Assembly (NCBI GenBank): GCA_963575745.1
Contig: CAUYUJ010000001.1
Coordinates: 2,728,001-2,792,000 of the forward strand
Direction: 5' to 3'
From: Prorocentrum cordatum
Taxonomy: Eukaryota
Length of the DNA stretch: 64,000 nt
A program made the translations under genes and the position numbers. The notes beneath the pieces were generated by a model. That model did not search any database. It saw only the letters and a list, made by a program, of their open reading frames with translations, and was not told the origin of the DNA. Of the stretch, positions 36,579 to 48,904 are shown one piece after another; positions within the stretch are counted from its first letter, which is position 1; every line of letters begins with the position of its first letter.

Positions 36579-36772
36579 TCGGGGGCGGCCAAGAGGGGGG
36601 CGTCGCAGAGGGGGGGCGCAAACCATGGCCGGCGGCATGTGCGTGGCCCAGGGGGGGGGGCCAGGGACGTCATGAAATAAGGAGAGGCGCCATGGAATAT
36701 GGGGAGAAATCATGGCCCACGCCATGATATCCACCCCCCCCTGGCCATCGCCCCCCTCTTGGCCGCCCCCGA
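36579..36772. mobile_element. MITE family A-like sister element (194 bp); a truncated second copy lies at ~37805-37975
   Basis: TIR TCGGGGGCGGCCAAGAGGGGGG / CCCCCCTCTTGGCCGCCCCCGA. Same length and G-run architecture as family A. No intact TSD. Confidence 0.75.
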
Positions 36773-37149
36773 CATGGGCGTGCGCGCCACCTGCCAGCCT
36801 CTTGGGAGCGCCGTCGGAGGCTGGCCGGCCCCCTCGCTCAGAGGGGCACGCGAAGCCCTGCTGGAGAGCACCCGCTGCGGCACGACAGACGTGAGACAAG
36901 ACTGCTGGAGGGGCCCTGGGACGCACAATTAGATAGATACAAATCCGCCGGCCCCCTTGTGGGGCCACCAGGCTGTAGGCCGAAGCTTCGCAGTTTCCTG
37001 TGCCAGTTGCAGCTTGCAGTTTCCACTGTTACAGTTCTGCTTCTTGCGGCTTACTGTTCCTTGTTACAATGATGCTTCTTGCTGCTTACTGTTCCTTGTT
37101 GATAGACCGCGCGAGGGGGGAAGGCCGAAAACCAGCGTGGGAAAAAATG

Positions 37150-37410
37150 ACACCCCTCACGCAGATCGGCGGGGTCAGGGTCCAAAAGCACAAGGGATTT
37201 GCCACATTTCTGAAATTCGGCGGCACCCCTCACGCAGATCGGCGGGGCCAGGGTCCCAAAAAACATAGGATTTGCAACATTTCTAAATTCGGTTGCGCCC
37301 CTCACGCAGATCGGCGGGCTCAGGGTCCAAAAACACAAAGGATTTGCCGCATTTCTAAAATTCGGTGGCATCGGTGACGCAGATGCGTCGGGTCAGGGTC
37401 GAAAAACAAA
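37150..37410. repeat. ~73-bp minisatellite, ~3.5 copies
   Basis: CCCCTCACGCAGATCGGCGG recurs at ~37153, 37226 and 37298, with a degenerate copy at ~37375. Confidence 0.85.
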
Positions 37411-38399
37411 CAGGTCCCGACACTGCTTCACGGTGGCGCCCAGACCTCATGATTTAGCTTTTGCATCTCCCATTATCCGAGACAGGGGGCCGGTGGCATG
37501 GGGCGAAGCCCTTACGGAGAACAGGACTCCACATATTTTCCAATAGGTTCTGGGTTTTTGTCTTCCCCCCCACTTCCCACATTTTCCTATATTTTCTGGG
37601 GGATCGACGATTCATTGTGTCTGTGCGTTTTTTCCCTCCCGAACTGCAGAGAGACAAAGACAGAGACAGGTCGGTCTGGCGCTGGCGACGGTGCTGCCAC
37701 CGGTGCTGGCGAGGGAGTCCTCATTCGGGCACCGAGGCTCAAGAAGGCATCGACGTTCAGCATTTTATGAAAACGCACGCACAAGTACAAACACGCGCAC
37801 TCACTCGGGAGCGGCAAAGAGGGGGGTGTCCAAGAGGGGGGGGTGCAAATCATGACCGGCGGCATGTGCGCGGCCCAGCGGGGGGGCCAGGGACGTAATG
37901 AAATAAGAAGAGGCGCTATGAAATCTGAGGAAATATCATGCCCCCCGCCATGAGATCCACCCCCCCTAGCCATCACCAAGCAGCCCGGACGAAGCACCGC
38001 AGATGTCGGCCAGCGCGCGGGGCGGCGACAAGCGCCTACCCACCTCGCGGAAGCCCCGAAACGCCAGCCGATGCACCGGGGCGGCGACGAGGCGGCGACG
38101 GACGCTGGCCGTGCGAAGACTTCTGGAGAAGCGCTGCCCATTGACGTAACCAACACACGAAATATTCTGCCCATCCCCGCTTGCCCAGGGGCGGAAAGTC
38201 ATGAGAAACAGTTGGCCGTCCCAGTTGGCCCTCCCCCAGGGTCCAAAAACGCGTTTGAGGGGGTGGGGAGGTTCCCGAGCTCCCCGACGCACCCCTGAGG
38301 CCTCCGGAGCCTGCGAATCCACCCTCCGTGGCCGCCACGGTCCCAACATATTTTCTGAGATGGCTTCAGAATAGCTCCAATACGCCGGAGAGGCCTTAA

Positions 38400-38990
38400 G
38401 AACACCCAGGATAGTCTCAAGACGGCTGAAGACGCCGAAAGAAAACCCCAATGGGACCCCCCCCGAGGGCCTCCAGAGGCAGAAAACATTGATTCCCCTA
38501 AGTGTTTGCAAGATTTTCGCATTCTCGGCTCTCTGGCGCTTGCGCGCCCAAGATGGCCAAAGAGGCCCCCAAGACTGGCCTACGCTGGCCCAAGAGACCC
38601 CCAAAAAGGCCTGGAGACGGGCAAGGAAGGCCCCAAGACGGCCCAATAGGCTCCCAAGACGGCAGACACACAACCTGAATGTGGCCCCGAGAGAAGCCCA
38701 AGAGGGGAAACCCGCAGAGGCCCTGGAAGCCATCCGCAGGAAGATGGCCCTCAAGACCCCCGACAGGCTCCAAGAGGCCCCTAACAAAAACCCAAAGGGC
38801 CCCCCAAACGCCCTGGGAGCCTCGACAAAGCTCCACGAGGCCGCCACCTGGGCCGCCAGCAGGCCCCGAAGCTGCCCCCATCAGCTCCCGCAGGCTTCAA
38901 AAATGTTCAAAATGAGACCCCGAAAGGCTCCTGAGAGTTCCTGAAGACCCCCCCCCAGCTGCACGAGTGGGGCCTCAAATAGAGCCCTCA
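38400..38990. repeat. CCCAAGA/GGCCC-rich dispersed repeat family (also at ~60860-61360)
   Basis: Same short motifs as 26250-28400 and 39880-41690. Confidence 0.7.
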
Positions 38991-39732
38991 CAACCGTGCA
39001 AACCGTCCTGTTGTCCTCGATCTGATCCTCCTTTTCCTCCTTCCTCTCAGCGTCGTCGTTATCTATGTATAATTTTCCTCTTTCAGATCGGCCATCCGCG
39101 ACGTCACTCCCGAAACATCTCGCTCCATGCGCGACGCGCGACATCTTTCAGTGCTCCCGTCAGAGAAGCGCAGGACGAGTAGGCCACATGCGCGGAGTAG
39201 CAAATGCGCGGCGACCACTTCTCCCCCACGCACCTGGACACTTGAAGGCGTCCCATGCGCGCGACGGCGTCCAAGAAACAGCCAGCAAGCGCCCAGGAAA
39301 CCCTGACGAGGCTGCAAGACGCCCACCAAGACGCCCACAGGGCCTCACTTTGTCTGAGGGTCGGCGGAATGCTGTAAGCCTCATGAATAACACATGCATG
39401 CAAGTAATCCACCGCCAAGCCACCTGTGTCGAACGGATGTCCCCAGGCCCCCTGAAATCCTCGACCTGACCAGACAAGGGCGCCGAGACGAGGGCGCAGA
39501 GACGAGGCGCATACACCCCTCACCTTTTCTGCCGAAAGCTTATAGGAGCGAGGAGGAGCAAGAGTAGCAGTAAAGAAGCGGGTTCTGGATCTGTGCCGCC
39601 GTTTGGGCTACTGGATCCTTCCACTGGTCTCGGGCCCGTCAAGAAACGACTCGGGGTGAAACAACTTGACCTGGGGAAGCCCCAGTGCCTGGGCCTCGCT
39701 TCCCTCAGGACCTCTTCCCGCAAATCTGATGT

Positions 39733-42103
39733 AATCCCACCAGCCCTTTCGGGCGTCGGTGGTCTAGAGAGCTTCCTCTTCCAACCCCCATTCTTTCCCT
39801 TCGGGGAGGGGTTTACCCCTCCCCTTACCCCTCCCCGCTGACCTGGACGGGGCGTTCCGCGACGCGCTGGAACGTCCAAGATGGCCCAAGACGGCTCCAA
39901 GAACGAAACAACGAAAAATAACAAAACATTGATTTACGTAGGTTTTGGACAGAGTTTGGCCTCTTGGGGGGCCCAAGAGGTGATTCGAGGCATTCTAGAG
40001 GGGCAACGCTAATGAAGAACCCCGCTTCTTTGATAGATCTCCTCCAACATGGCCCCAAGAGCGCCCCGAAGGCTCCCAAGAGCGCCCCGAGAGCGCCCCC
40101 AAGAGGGCCCCAAGAGGCCCCAAGAGGCCCCCAAGAGGCCTTCAAGAAGCTCACAGGAGACCCCCAAGAAACCCCACGAGGCTCCCAAGATGGCCCAAGA
40201 CGGCTCCAATAGCGAAAAAGCGAAACGCACAAACCATTGACTTTCCTTAGGTTTTGGAAGGAGTTTGGCTTCAAGAAGGGCCCAAGAGGCGATTCGAGGC
40301 ACTCTAGAAGGGCAGCGCAAGTATACGACCCCCGCTTCTTTGATAGATCTCCTCCAACATGGCCCCAAGAGCGCCCCGAAGGCTCCCAAGAGCGCCCACA
40401 GAGCGCCACAAGAGGGCCCCAAGAGGCCCCAAGAGGCCCCCAAGAGGCCTCCAAGAGGCTCCCAAGAGACCCCCAAGAGGCCCCAAGAGGCTCCCAGGAT
40501 GGCCCGAGACGGCTCCAAGAGCGAAAAAGCACAAACCATTGACTTTCCTCGGGTTTTGGAAGGATGTTGGCCTGTTGGGGGGCCCAAGAAGCGATTCGAG
40601 GCACTCTAGAGGGGCAACGCTAATGAAGAACCCCGCTTCTTTGATAGATCTCCTCCAACATGGCCCCAAGAGCGCCCCGAAGGCTCCCAAGAGCGCCCCG
40701 AGAGCGCCCCCAAGAGGGCCCCAAGAGGCCCCCAAGAGGCCTTCAAGAAGCTCCCAAGAGACCCCCAAGAAGCCCCAAGAGGCTCCCAAGCCGGCTCCAA
40801 GAGCGAAAAAACGAAAACGCACAAAGCATTGACTTCCCTTAGGTTTTGGAACGATTTTGGCTTCAAGAAGGGCCCAAGAGGCGATTCGAGGCACTCTAGA
40901 GGGGCAACGCTAATGAAGAACCCCTCCTTCTGTGATAGATCTTCTCCAACATGGCCACAAGAGCGCCCCGAAGGCTCCCAAGAGCGCCACAAGAGCGCCT
41001 CCAAGAGGGCCCCAAGAGGCCCCCAAGAGGCCTTCAAGAAGCTCCCAAGAGACCCCCAAGAGGCACCAAGGGGCTCCCAAGATGGCCCAAGACGGCTCCA
41101 ATAGCTAAAAAGCGAAACGCACAAAACATTGACTTTCCTTAGGTTTTGGAAGGAGTTTGGCTTCAAGAAGGGCCCAAGAGGCGATTCGAGGCACTCTAGA
41201 AGGGCAGCGCAAGTATACGACCCCCGCTTCTTTGATAGATCTCCTCCAACATGGCCCCAAGAGCGCCCCGAAGGCTCCCAAGAGCGCCCCAAGAGCGCCA
41301 CAAGAGGGCCCCAAGAGGCCCCAAGAGGCCCCCAAGAGGCCTTCAAGAAGCTCCCAAGACCCCCAAGAGGCCCCAAGAGGCTCCCAAGATGGCCCAAGTC
41401 GGCTCCAATAGCGAAACAACGAAAAGCACAAAACATTGACTTTCCTCAGGTTTTGGAACGATGTTGGCTTCAAGAAGGGCCCAAGAGGCGATTCGAGGCA
41501 CTCTAGAGGGGCAGCGCTAATATACGACCCCCCCTTAGATCTCCTCCAACATGGCCCCAAGAGCAAGAGCGCCCCAAGAGCGCCCCAAGAGGGCCCCAAG
41601 AGGCCCCAAGAGGCCCCCAAGAGGCCTCCAAGAGGCCCCCAAGAGACCCCCAAGAGACCCCAAAGACGGCCCAAGAGGCCCCCAAGCTCGCCATTGTCCT
41701 CCTCCTCCTCCTCCTCCTCCTCCTCCTCCTCTTTTTCTACCTCCTCCCTCCTCCCCCTTTCCCTCCTCCTCCTCCTCCTCCCCCTCCTCCTCCTCCTTCT
41801 CCTTTTCCTCCTTCTCGTCCTCCTCGTCCTCGCAGTGCTCCATCTCCTCCTCCTCCTCCTCATCTTCCTCCTCCTCCTCCTCCTCCTCCTCCCCCTCCTG
41901 CTCCTGCTCCTCCTCCTGCTCCTCCTCTTCCTCCTCCTACTCCGACGACGACGGCTCCTCCTACATCCTCCCCCTCTGGGGGTATATGGCGGCTCACCCC
42001 GCCCTTTGTTCTTCTGCACGCTCCCCCGCTTCCCTCATAACCTCCACTCCCCTGGGACTCATTTCTGGACGGGCTGGTGGGGATATGCGAAGCGTCTAGA
42101 ATT
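39733..42103 (+). mobile_element. Candidate non-autonomous element with short subterminal inverted repeats and a 3' mini-hairpin, filled with a ~300-bp satellite (~6 copies, 39880-41690)
   Basis: CCCACCAGCCC (39736-39746) versus GGGCTGGTGGG (42071-42081), followed by ATGC-GAA-GCGT and CTAG. The satellite marker CATTGA..AGGTTTTGGA recurs at ~39927, 40235, 40537, 40827, 41127 and 41434. Confidence 0.5.
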
Positions 42104-42848
42104 GTTCAATGCGGTGCCCCCAGAGAACGCGACCCTTTCCGTAGGGCCACTTGTCGTCCTCAGCAGGTCTTTGACTACCCTGTGGCCCTTCGAGGGCCCA
42201 CGAGGACCGAATGCAGCGGAACCCATGCGTCTCGCATTCTTGCCACAACTTTGCCTTCATGCCGACAGGAAGCCCTGGACACCCGCCGATCCGATTATTC
42301 CTGCCCGCGGCCCCGGAGGCCCCGACCGCTTCCCATGGGGGGGCAGCCTCTCCCCCCCTTGGGACCCGCCTCTGATCCTCCCGGGGCCCGAGGAGCCGCC
42401 CCCGAGGGCCGAAGGTCAAGGGAACACCGCCGGCCGAAGACAGACACATCGTCGCAGGTCTGGGAGACCGGCCACGCGCAGGAGCGGCCTCTGGGCAGGG
42501 AGTGGCCTCCGGTGCGCGGCTCTCTGGGCGCCGCGGGGGGACCAAACACAAGCGCGCAAGGCGCTCCTGAGGCATCGCGCTCGGCGATCGGGGGGCCCCG
42601 GTGCGCCCGACCCAAAGGCCACTGGGGCAAAGGGCCACTCGTACTTGATCAGGGGCCGACCGTCCTGGCATTCCTATAGTCCTACCACGAAGGGTTCTTA
42701 GAACACAGCAATGTTCTAATAACAAAAACAATGTTCTTAGAACATAAACCCGGTGTGTTCAAACAAGACAGTCCCAGCCAGAAATCTTCTAAGAACATGT
42801 CGTGCAAACCACAAGAGGTTCTTAAACCATTGTTTGGTGGGGCTATAG

Positions 42849-42873
42849 TTATGATATGCGTGGCCTCCTCCAG
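42849..42873 (+). repeat. Left TIR of the large transposon
   Basis: TTATGATATGCGTGGCCTCCTCCAG immediately after the TSD. Confidence 0.88.
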
Positions 42874-43540
42874 CTGGGAAAATGATCACTCCCCACAACA
42901 TCTCCCAGGGAGTCTCAAAACAGTTGTTTCCTACGTTTCCGACGCAGCCCCAAAACAGTTTTAAAGAATATCAAAAACAATGCTCGCTCGTATCAATGCG
43001 ATAATGCGGAAAACACAATAGTTCTAACGTTTTGCTGGGTGTGCCTCGGGTCCGCAGCGCATCGTCCCCCAAGAACCTCAGCGCGCGCTGAGTGCGATGT
43101 GTAGTTTGGCGGGGTTCAGCCCCTTTCCCCACAGGTGCGATGCGAGGTTCCGTATGGTTCAACCTAGGCCCTTTCAGGCCCCCCCCCGTGCCCTTTGGGC
43201 AGGACACGCACCGACTCGACGTCCGCCTTGCTCTGTTTTGAATCGGGGGTTGGGTAATGAGCGAGGGGGGAGACAAAATAAGGTCGGGGACTGGGCGGGG
43301 GTGGGGGGGGGGGGCACATGACACATGACAGAAAGGAAGGGCTGTGATGAGCGGGTGCAGGCGCCCCTTGCCCCCCCCCCCCCCCCCCCTTCCCAAGGGA
43401 TTCAGGACGCCCCCCCCCCCCCCGTCGCCAACGGCAGCAGCATCACCGCCATCATCATCACCACGCGCTGCCGTTTTGGATCGCACATGTCTCGGCAAGG
43501 CTTTGGCACTTTGTGTCTTTTTTTTTGCGGCAAGACCGCG

Positions 43541-46500
43541 ATGGCGGACGGCTGGGGCGATGTGCTCGCCGAGGTCGCGGGTGAGCCTCACCCGCCGCCC
43601 CGCGGCCCCGCGGGCGCCGCGGCCAGAGGGCCGCGCCCCCCGCCCCGCAGGCCCAGTCGGGCAGCCGCGAGGTCGGTCGCGGCGGCGGGCCGCACCAACG
43701 CCCTGTCGCTGCCCCTGTCGGAGTCAGTGAAGCTGCCCACCGTGCCCAGACACATCGTCCAATGCACGGGCAGAGGCTCGACAGATCAGTGGCCGCTGCT
43801 CCCGTACGTTCGCATGGCAGCGCTCGCGATCGAGCGCCAGAGAGTATCAGACCAAGACGTGCCAGCGAAGCTCAACAGCATGTTGATGGATTCGTCGTCC
43901 GAGCTGGCTGGCAGAACCACGTCAAAGGCATCGATCCAGGACTCGATCGGCGTGACCCATGGGAGCTACACAGAGTGCGTGATCGTCTTGGCCAACACCA
44001 TCGTACATTTCGAGCGGGACCAGAAGCTTGCGCTGGAGTGCTATTTGGCAAATACGGTCCCCAAGGAGAACTTGCTCCACTACGTCGAGGCGGTCAAGTA
44101 CGACGAGACCCCGATGAAGCTGTCAGTGAACGATTCGTTCCAAGCACGTGGTCGCGGTGCAGTGGGCTCTTCCGATCAGCAGCAGGTGGCCGTGTACCAC
44201 ATGGATCGATCTCGACAGTGGGGGAAGCCGAAGTTAGAGAGAACTGTCATCAAGCTGCTGCAGAGCTCGTCGAGGTTCGGGTACCTTCTGAGGACCAACG
44301 CGGGCGAGTACGTCGGCATCGTCGGCGCGTCCATTGCTCCGCTCCAGTGGCTGGATCGGAACACTGGGGAGTGTCTTCGAGAGGCGGACCAACGTCGCAC
44401 CACTGCTGTTGGACGGGCTGCTAAGGACTTTGCGTGCAAGACGCGCGTGTCAGTCCTGGACGGCGCTGGCCCGGACGCCCGCTGCGAGGCGCAGGTCGGG
44501 GTTGACCGACGAGGCGACGGCTGGGGCAAGATTGGTTTCACATGCTCCACGCATTGCCTCGCCAACGTATTCACGCACACCTTCGACCTGACGGGCTCCG
44601 ACGTGTCTAGCCAGATCAATTTCGCACTTGCCGTCAACGAGGGCTCGGGCTTCTCTTCTTTCTGTCGGATATTCCGCGCTGTGGTTCAACGGCGGATTCG
44701 CATCCGCAGGGGGAGGCCCCCTCCAGAGGCCACCCCGCGCAAGCGGCACTTGCTGTGCCTTTCGCTCGCAAGGGGGAGTCGACTGATCGAGAAGAAGACA
44801 GCTTTGCACCATTTGCCGAACGGGGACTGGAGGGACCGAGAGCACGTCGACATATGGATTCCCGAGGGCATCGACATAGACGAGAGCGAGATCAAGAAGT
44901 CGGTGTCGGAGGCCTTGGAGGTCGTCCTCTTGGGAGCTCGATTCACCCGGTGGCCGAGGAGCAGGTGGGCGGGGTCCGACGTTGCCATGGACGAGTTCAT
45001 CCTACTTGACGGCATTCACGGATTGGGCTCTGCTGTCTGGGCTATCTGGGCGAAAGAGATGGCTCGGGGCTCCAAGAGGAGACCTCGGCTGGGCGATGGC
45101 GGGGCTCTGCCAGCTGCTGCCGCTGGGCCTGCCGCCGCCGATGGCGGCGAGGGCGGCGCCGCAGAGGCTGCGGCTGCCAGCGGCGGCGATGGGCAGGGCC
45201 ATGGAGATTTCAATGCAAAGCGGCTGGGGAATGAGTACCATCGTAGCACCGCTGAAGATTGGATGGACACGTCGCCGCTTGACAGAGTGGTGATCATTCG
45301 GCAGGTGCTGGAGCCTTTACGTCGGACGATGGATTGGCACCTCGAGGTCGGCGGCAAGCACTGGGAGATCAAGCAGAGGGGCATGGTTGTCCAGGCTGAG
45401 TCCAAGGGCGCAGCCAGTTCGACGAGCAGGACGTGGCCGATCGTGGAGGCTGCGCTTGGCACCCCTGCGCGCGTCTTCCAGGCTGCGTGGGACCCTCTGT
45501 TTCGCGAGCACGTGCTGTGGAAGGACCTCGTGCAGCCGTCGGCGATGACTCGGAAGGCGCGCGCCCTCGCGTTCAAGCTTCTTTCGAGGTCTGAGTGCCA
45601 GGTCCGGGAGGCGTTCACGCATCGACATAGCTTGCTTCCGACTCGCACCTTCGCCATGATCGTGGACCCAGCCGTTGCGCAGGAAGTGAGTGACCTCCAG
45701 GATTGCCGCATGGACAGCTGGACGAAGGACTTCGTGCTGCGACACAAGGACGCGGACGGAGGCTTGTCGAACCCAGCGGCGATCGCAGTGTTGAACCTGC
45801 TTGCCGCCACGATCGACTTGGACATCAAGGCTATCGAGTCCCACCACGCCTCGATCCGCAGGCGGCTGATGGTCAGGGGAGTGCAGACCCACTCGGCAAC
45901 GTTCGCGGAGTCGTCGGCCGAATGGGTGGTTGCCCAAGCTCGTTTATCAGGCAGGGCATTTCGAGCAGTCGGTGAGGGGGGCGCGCCAGCAGGTGGTGGC
46001 GATGACGCAGGGGGCCCTGGCGGGCCGCCAGGCGAGGAGGCTACCGCCACTGTCAGGGGCACGGTGTCTTCTTGGCATGCTCTCCTGAGGGAGCAATCCC
46101 TTGGTCAGACTGGCCGCCAGTGCATCGCCGCCTTGAGCGCTGCGTACCGCGCTTTACCAAGAGCAGAGGTGGCGAGGCTGGCTGCCGTCGCAGCCGCGGC
46201 CAATGGGAATCCCCGTGCTGCGGATGCACCTGGCAGCGCCTTCGGCCTCCGGTCCCGCGACCTCGCTCGCGCCCAGGCCAAGAGGCGGCGGAAGGCGTCT
46301 GAGCAGCAGCTCGTCGCGGAGGCTGTCGTGCCGACCAGCCGCGGGGGGGTGACTGATTTGGCAATGCGGCGGGCATCGGCAGATCCCAACGCCACCGTGA
46401 ACATGGACTCGATGATGCGGGCTGCCCAGTCGCACATGGTGAGCTTGCGCCGCGTGGCCAAGACCGAGGAGCGAAAGATGGCCGACGCGATGGAGGCTTG

Positions 46501-47134
46501 GGAGTCGACTACGGGCGCTGCCCAGTGGGCATCCATGTGCAACAGTTTCAAGGGCGTGGCTGCTTTCCAGGTTATGCTTTCTCCTATGCCCTCGCACATC
46601 GGCCAGATGCTGGAGTTCAAGCGCCCTACTACGTCGACAGCTTCGATCGCTCGCTCGCTGTGGATGTCAGGGCACGGCAGCAACATGAAAGCTTGTCTCG
46701 CATCAGGCTGGATGGAGAGGCACAGGGCCATCATGCGCGACGACTGTGCCCCCGTAGACGTGCCCGTCCAGAAGAAGAAGTACACTTGTGCTCAGATCGG
46801 CATGTGCATCTGTTGCCCTGAGGCCGATGTCATCAAGAAGTTCCGCAGGCGCTTCTACTCCGAGCTGAAGGGCCTCTGCACCAAGGGGTCGCCCGAGCGG
46901 AAGCTCTTGGACGATTCCAGCTTGGTCGTGCGACTGCGCGGCATCAAGGCGGCTGTCGTCGATGGCCGGGGCGTTGTGGCAGCTGGCCCCTCTGGCGACG
47001 ACCCCGACGGCGTGGGCGCCTACGTGTGGTGGCACATCGGCTCCCACGAGTTCAGCCCCTACTGCTCCAACTTCAGGCCGCTCGCCTTCGTCGAGCAGGA
47101 GGCCGTCGGCGGCCAGGTGGAGGTATTGTTGGAG
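43541..47134 (+). CDS. Transposase exon 1 (RNase H-fold DDE core, HMG-box-like segment, Cys cluster); 3' boundary approximate
   Basis: Uninterrupted ORF 43325-47380, likely start MADGW at 43541. Motifs YDETP (D at 44102), LDGAG (D at 44459), CSTH (44543-44554), SRW (44960-44968), IESHHASIRR (E at 45836), SSWHALLREQ..AALSAAYRALPRAE (~46065-46190), CAQIGMCICC. Confidence 0.8.
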
Positions 47135-47472
47135 GAGTCGTTAGCGGAACGGAAACACACTCCTCCCACCACGAACGCGCGCGTGCACGCATGCGCGCTG
47201 GCACGCACGCGCGCGCACGCACGCGTGCGCATATTCGTAGGTGCGCGCACATACGGGCAGATACGCACGCACGCACACGCATACAGGCACGCAGGCACGG
47301 GCACAGGGGACGAGGGAGAAGAGGAGGGTGTGACGAGACAGACCAGGACGACACTGGCGAGGGGAACGCAAGGGGGCTAGTCGGAAAGGGGTCATAGGGA
47401 TCGATGGGGGGAGGATGATTGGGGATGGGGTGAGAGTGATCCCGTCATTGCTATAGTTTCGCCCCCCACGAG

Positions 47473-47827
47473 GGGTGCCACAGAGTCTTTGGTTGATTGG
47501 GAGGCGTTCAGTAGCTTGGACCTCACGGCCGATTGGTCGATCAGCTTTTGGGTCATCGACGAGAGTGATCGTGCCGTCGCCCGTTTTCGCCCTGCCGACG
47601 TCGTCGTGGTCTCCATGGGCCCCGAGTCCGAGCTGCGGCAGTCAGGGAAGGCGACGAGGCGGGCCACAGCTGCGCGGCCCGCCGCCACGGACGACGGCGA
47701 CGACGGCGACCACGGGAGCATCGCGTCGGACCAGGAGGAGGACCTGGATGACCCCCTCCCCCTGGACGACGGGCCCGTGGGCGGCGACGACCACGGCGGC
47801 GCGGACGACGTCCGCGCTGGTGGCGAG
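47473..47827 (+). CDS. Transposase exon 2 (5' boundary uncertain, 47473-47486)
   Basis: Same frame as exon 1 (VDWEAFSSLDLTADWSISFWVIDESDR...acidic tail). Ends at a phase-0 GAG|GA donor. Confidence 0.6.
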
Positions 47828-48340
47828 GACAGCATACTTGAATGTAAGTTCCCGCAAGCATCGCCTAATCCTAAGGTGGGGAGGCCTCTACATTTAACAC
47901 ATTAGCTAGTTAGGTTAACGGTGTGGAAAGTGTAAAACAGCAGCGCTTCAAACAAAAGCACAACAATCAAGCAACACGTAAAACAAAACAACGGCTCTAA
48001 CACATCACAAACAAGCCCCGATAGGTTCCGACACGCCACCGAAACGGCCCTATACGTCCCCAAGAGCGGGAGGTGACGAGGAGGTTGGACGACAGGGGGT
48101 TAGGGAGGGGGCGGTGGAAGGCAGGCAGGATATGAAGCAATCCCTGGTAAGATGAACAGATGCACATTACGGAGGAGGAAGATGATGTGAAGAGGCGGAA
48201 GCAACACGAGGAACATATGTATGTCTCTTGGGGGTCATCTTGGAGCCGTGTCGGGCCGTCTCGGCAGGCCTCCTCTGTGGGTCTGGGGTGGAGTGGGAGG
48301 GCTGGGGTTGCATCGCCCTCCTGCCCCTCGATCCGCACAG

Positions 48341-48904
48341 GACGAGGTCGGCATGGACATCGACGAGTTGTTCAGCGAGGGCGAGGGCGGCGACGGCGGC
48401 GGCGAGGTTCCGCTGCCGCCCGAGGCCCCTATGCCACCGCCTGTTTTTCCGTTGCCTCCGCCCCCGCCTCCTGTCTCTCGGGCCTCCCGCTCAGAGGCGG
48501 GGTCGCGGGCGAGCCGCGAGCCTGTGCAGCATGCTGTCAATGTCCAAGGAAAAGGTACGATTGTGTATTACAGGGAAGGCAGGTGTTTCGAGGCCAGGTG
48601 CCATCGTGGCCATGGCCGCTGCACAATGAGCGCAGCAGCGCACGGCAGCGATCTTGAGAATTTGGCGGCGCAGGGCCGCCCACTTGGCTTGTTAGTATCG
48701 TGGGCGCTGGACCTTGGGGAGGTCTGTGACGACAAGCCGTCGCACGAAAACAAATTCGCACTCCTGACGCTGCGTCCGTACATGAGGCGGCGTGCTCGGG
48801 AGCTCCTTCGTGGCCTGCCAGGTGGTTTGGATCTCATGTCGAAGGAGCGCCCGCAGCGCCCTGGAGAGCCCGAGGGGCCAGAGGGATTGGCGCCCTCCCG
48901 ATGA
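48341..48904 (+). CDS. Transposase exon 3 with a C-terminal Cys/His putative zinc-binding domain
   Basis: Phase-0 acceptor CCGCACAG|GAC. Peptide ..GTIVYYREGRCFEARCHRGHGRCT..GRPLGLLVSWAL..CDDKPSH..RRRAR..ERP..*. Confidence 0.65.
   Translation, partial: DEVGMDIDELFSEGEGGDGGGEVPLPPEAPMPPPVFPLPPPPPPVSRASRSEAGSRASREPVQHAVNVQGKGTIVYYREGRCFEARCHRGHGRCTMSAAAHGSDLENLAAQGRPLGLLVSWALDLGEVCDDKPSHENKFALLTLRPYMRRRARELLRGLPGGLDLMSKERPQRPGEPEGPEGLAPSR

Noticed and set aside
37150..37410. CRISPR-like periodicity (~73 bp)
   Set aside because: The 'spacers' are homologous to each other, there are no cas genes, and the context is eukaryotic. It is a minisatellite.
45016..46062. 348-aa antisense ORF (and 53516-54695 antisense ORFs)
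   Set aside because: Shadow ORFs of GC3-biased plus-strand genes.
47135..47380. C-terminal tail of the 1351-aa ORF (HACALARTRAHAR..)
   Set aside because: Alternating purine-pyrimidine simple sequence, interpreted as intron read-through.
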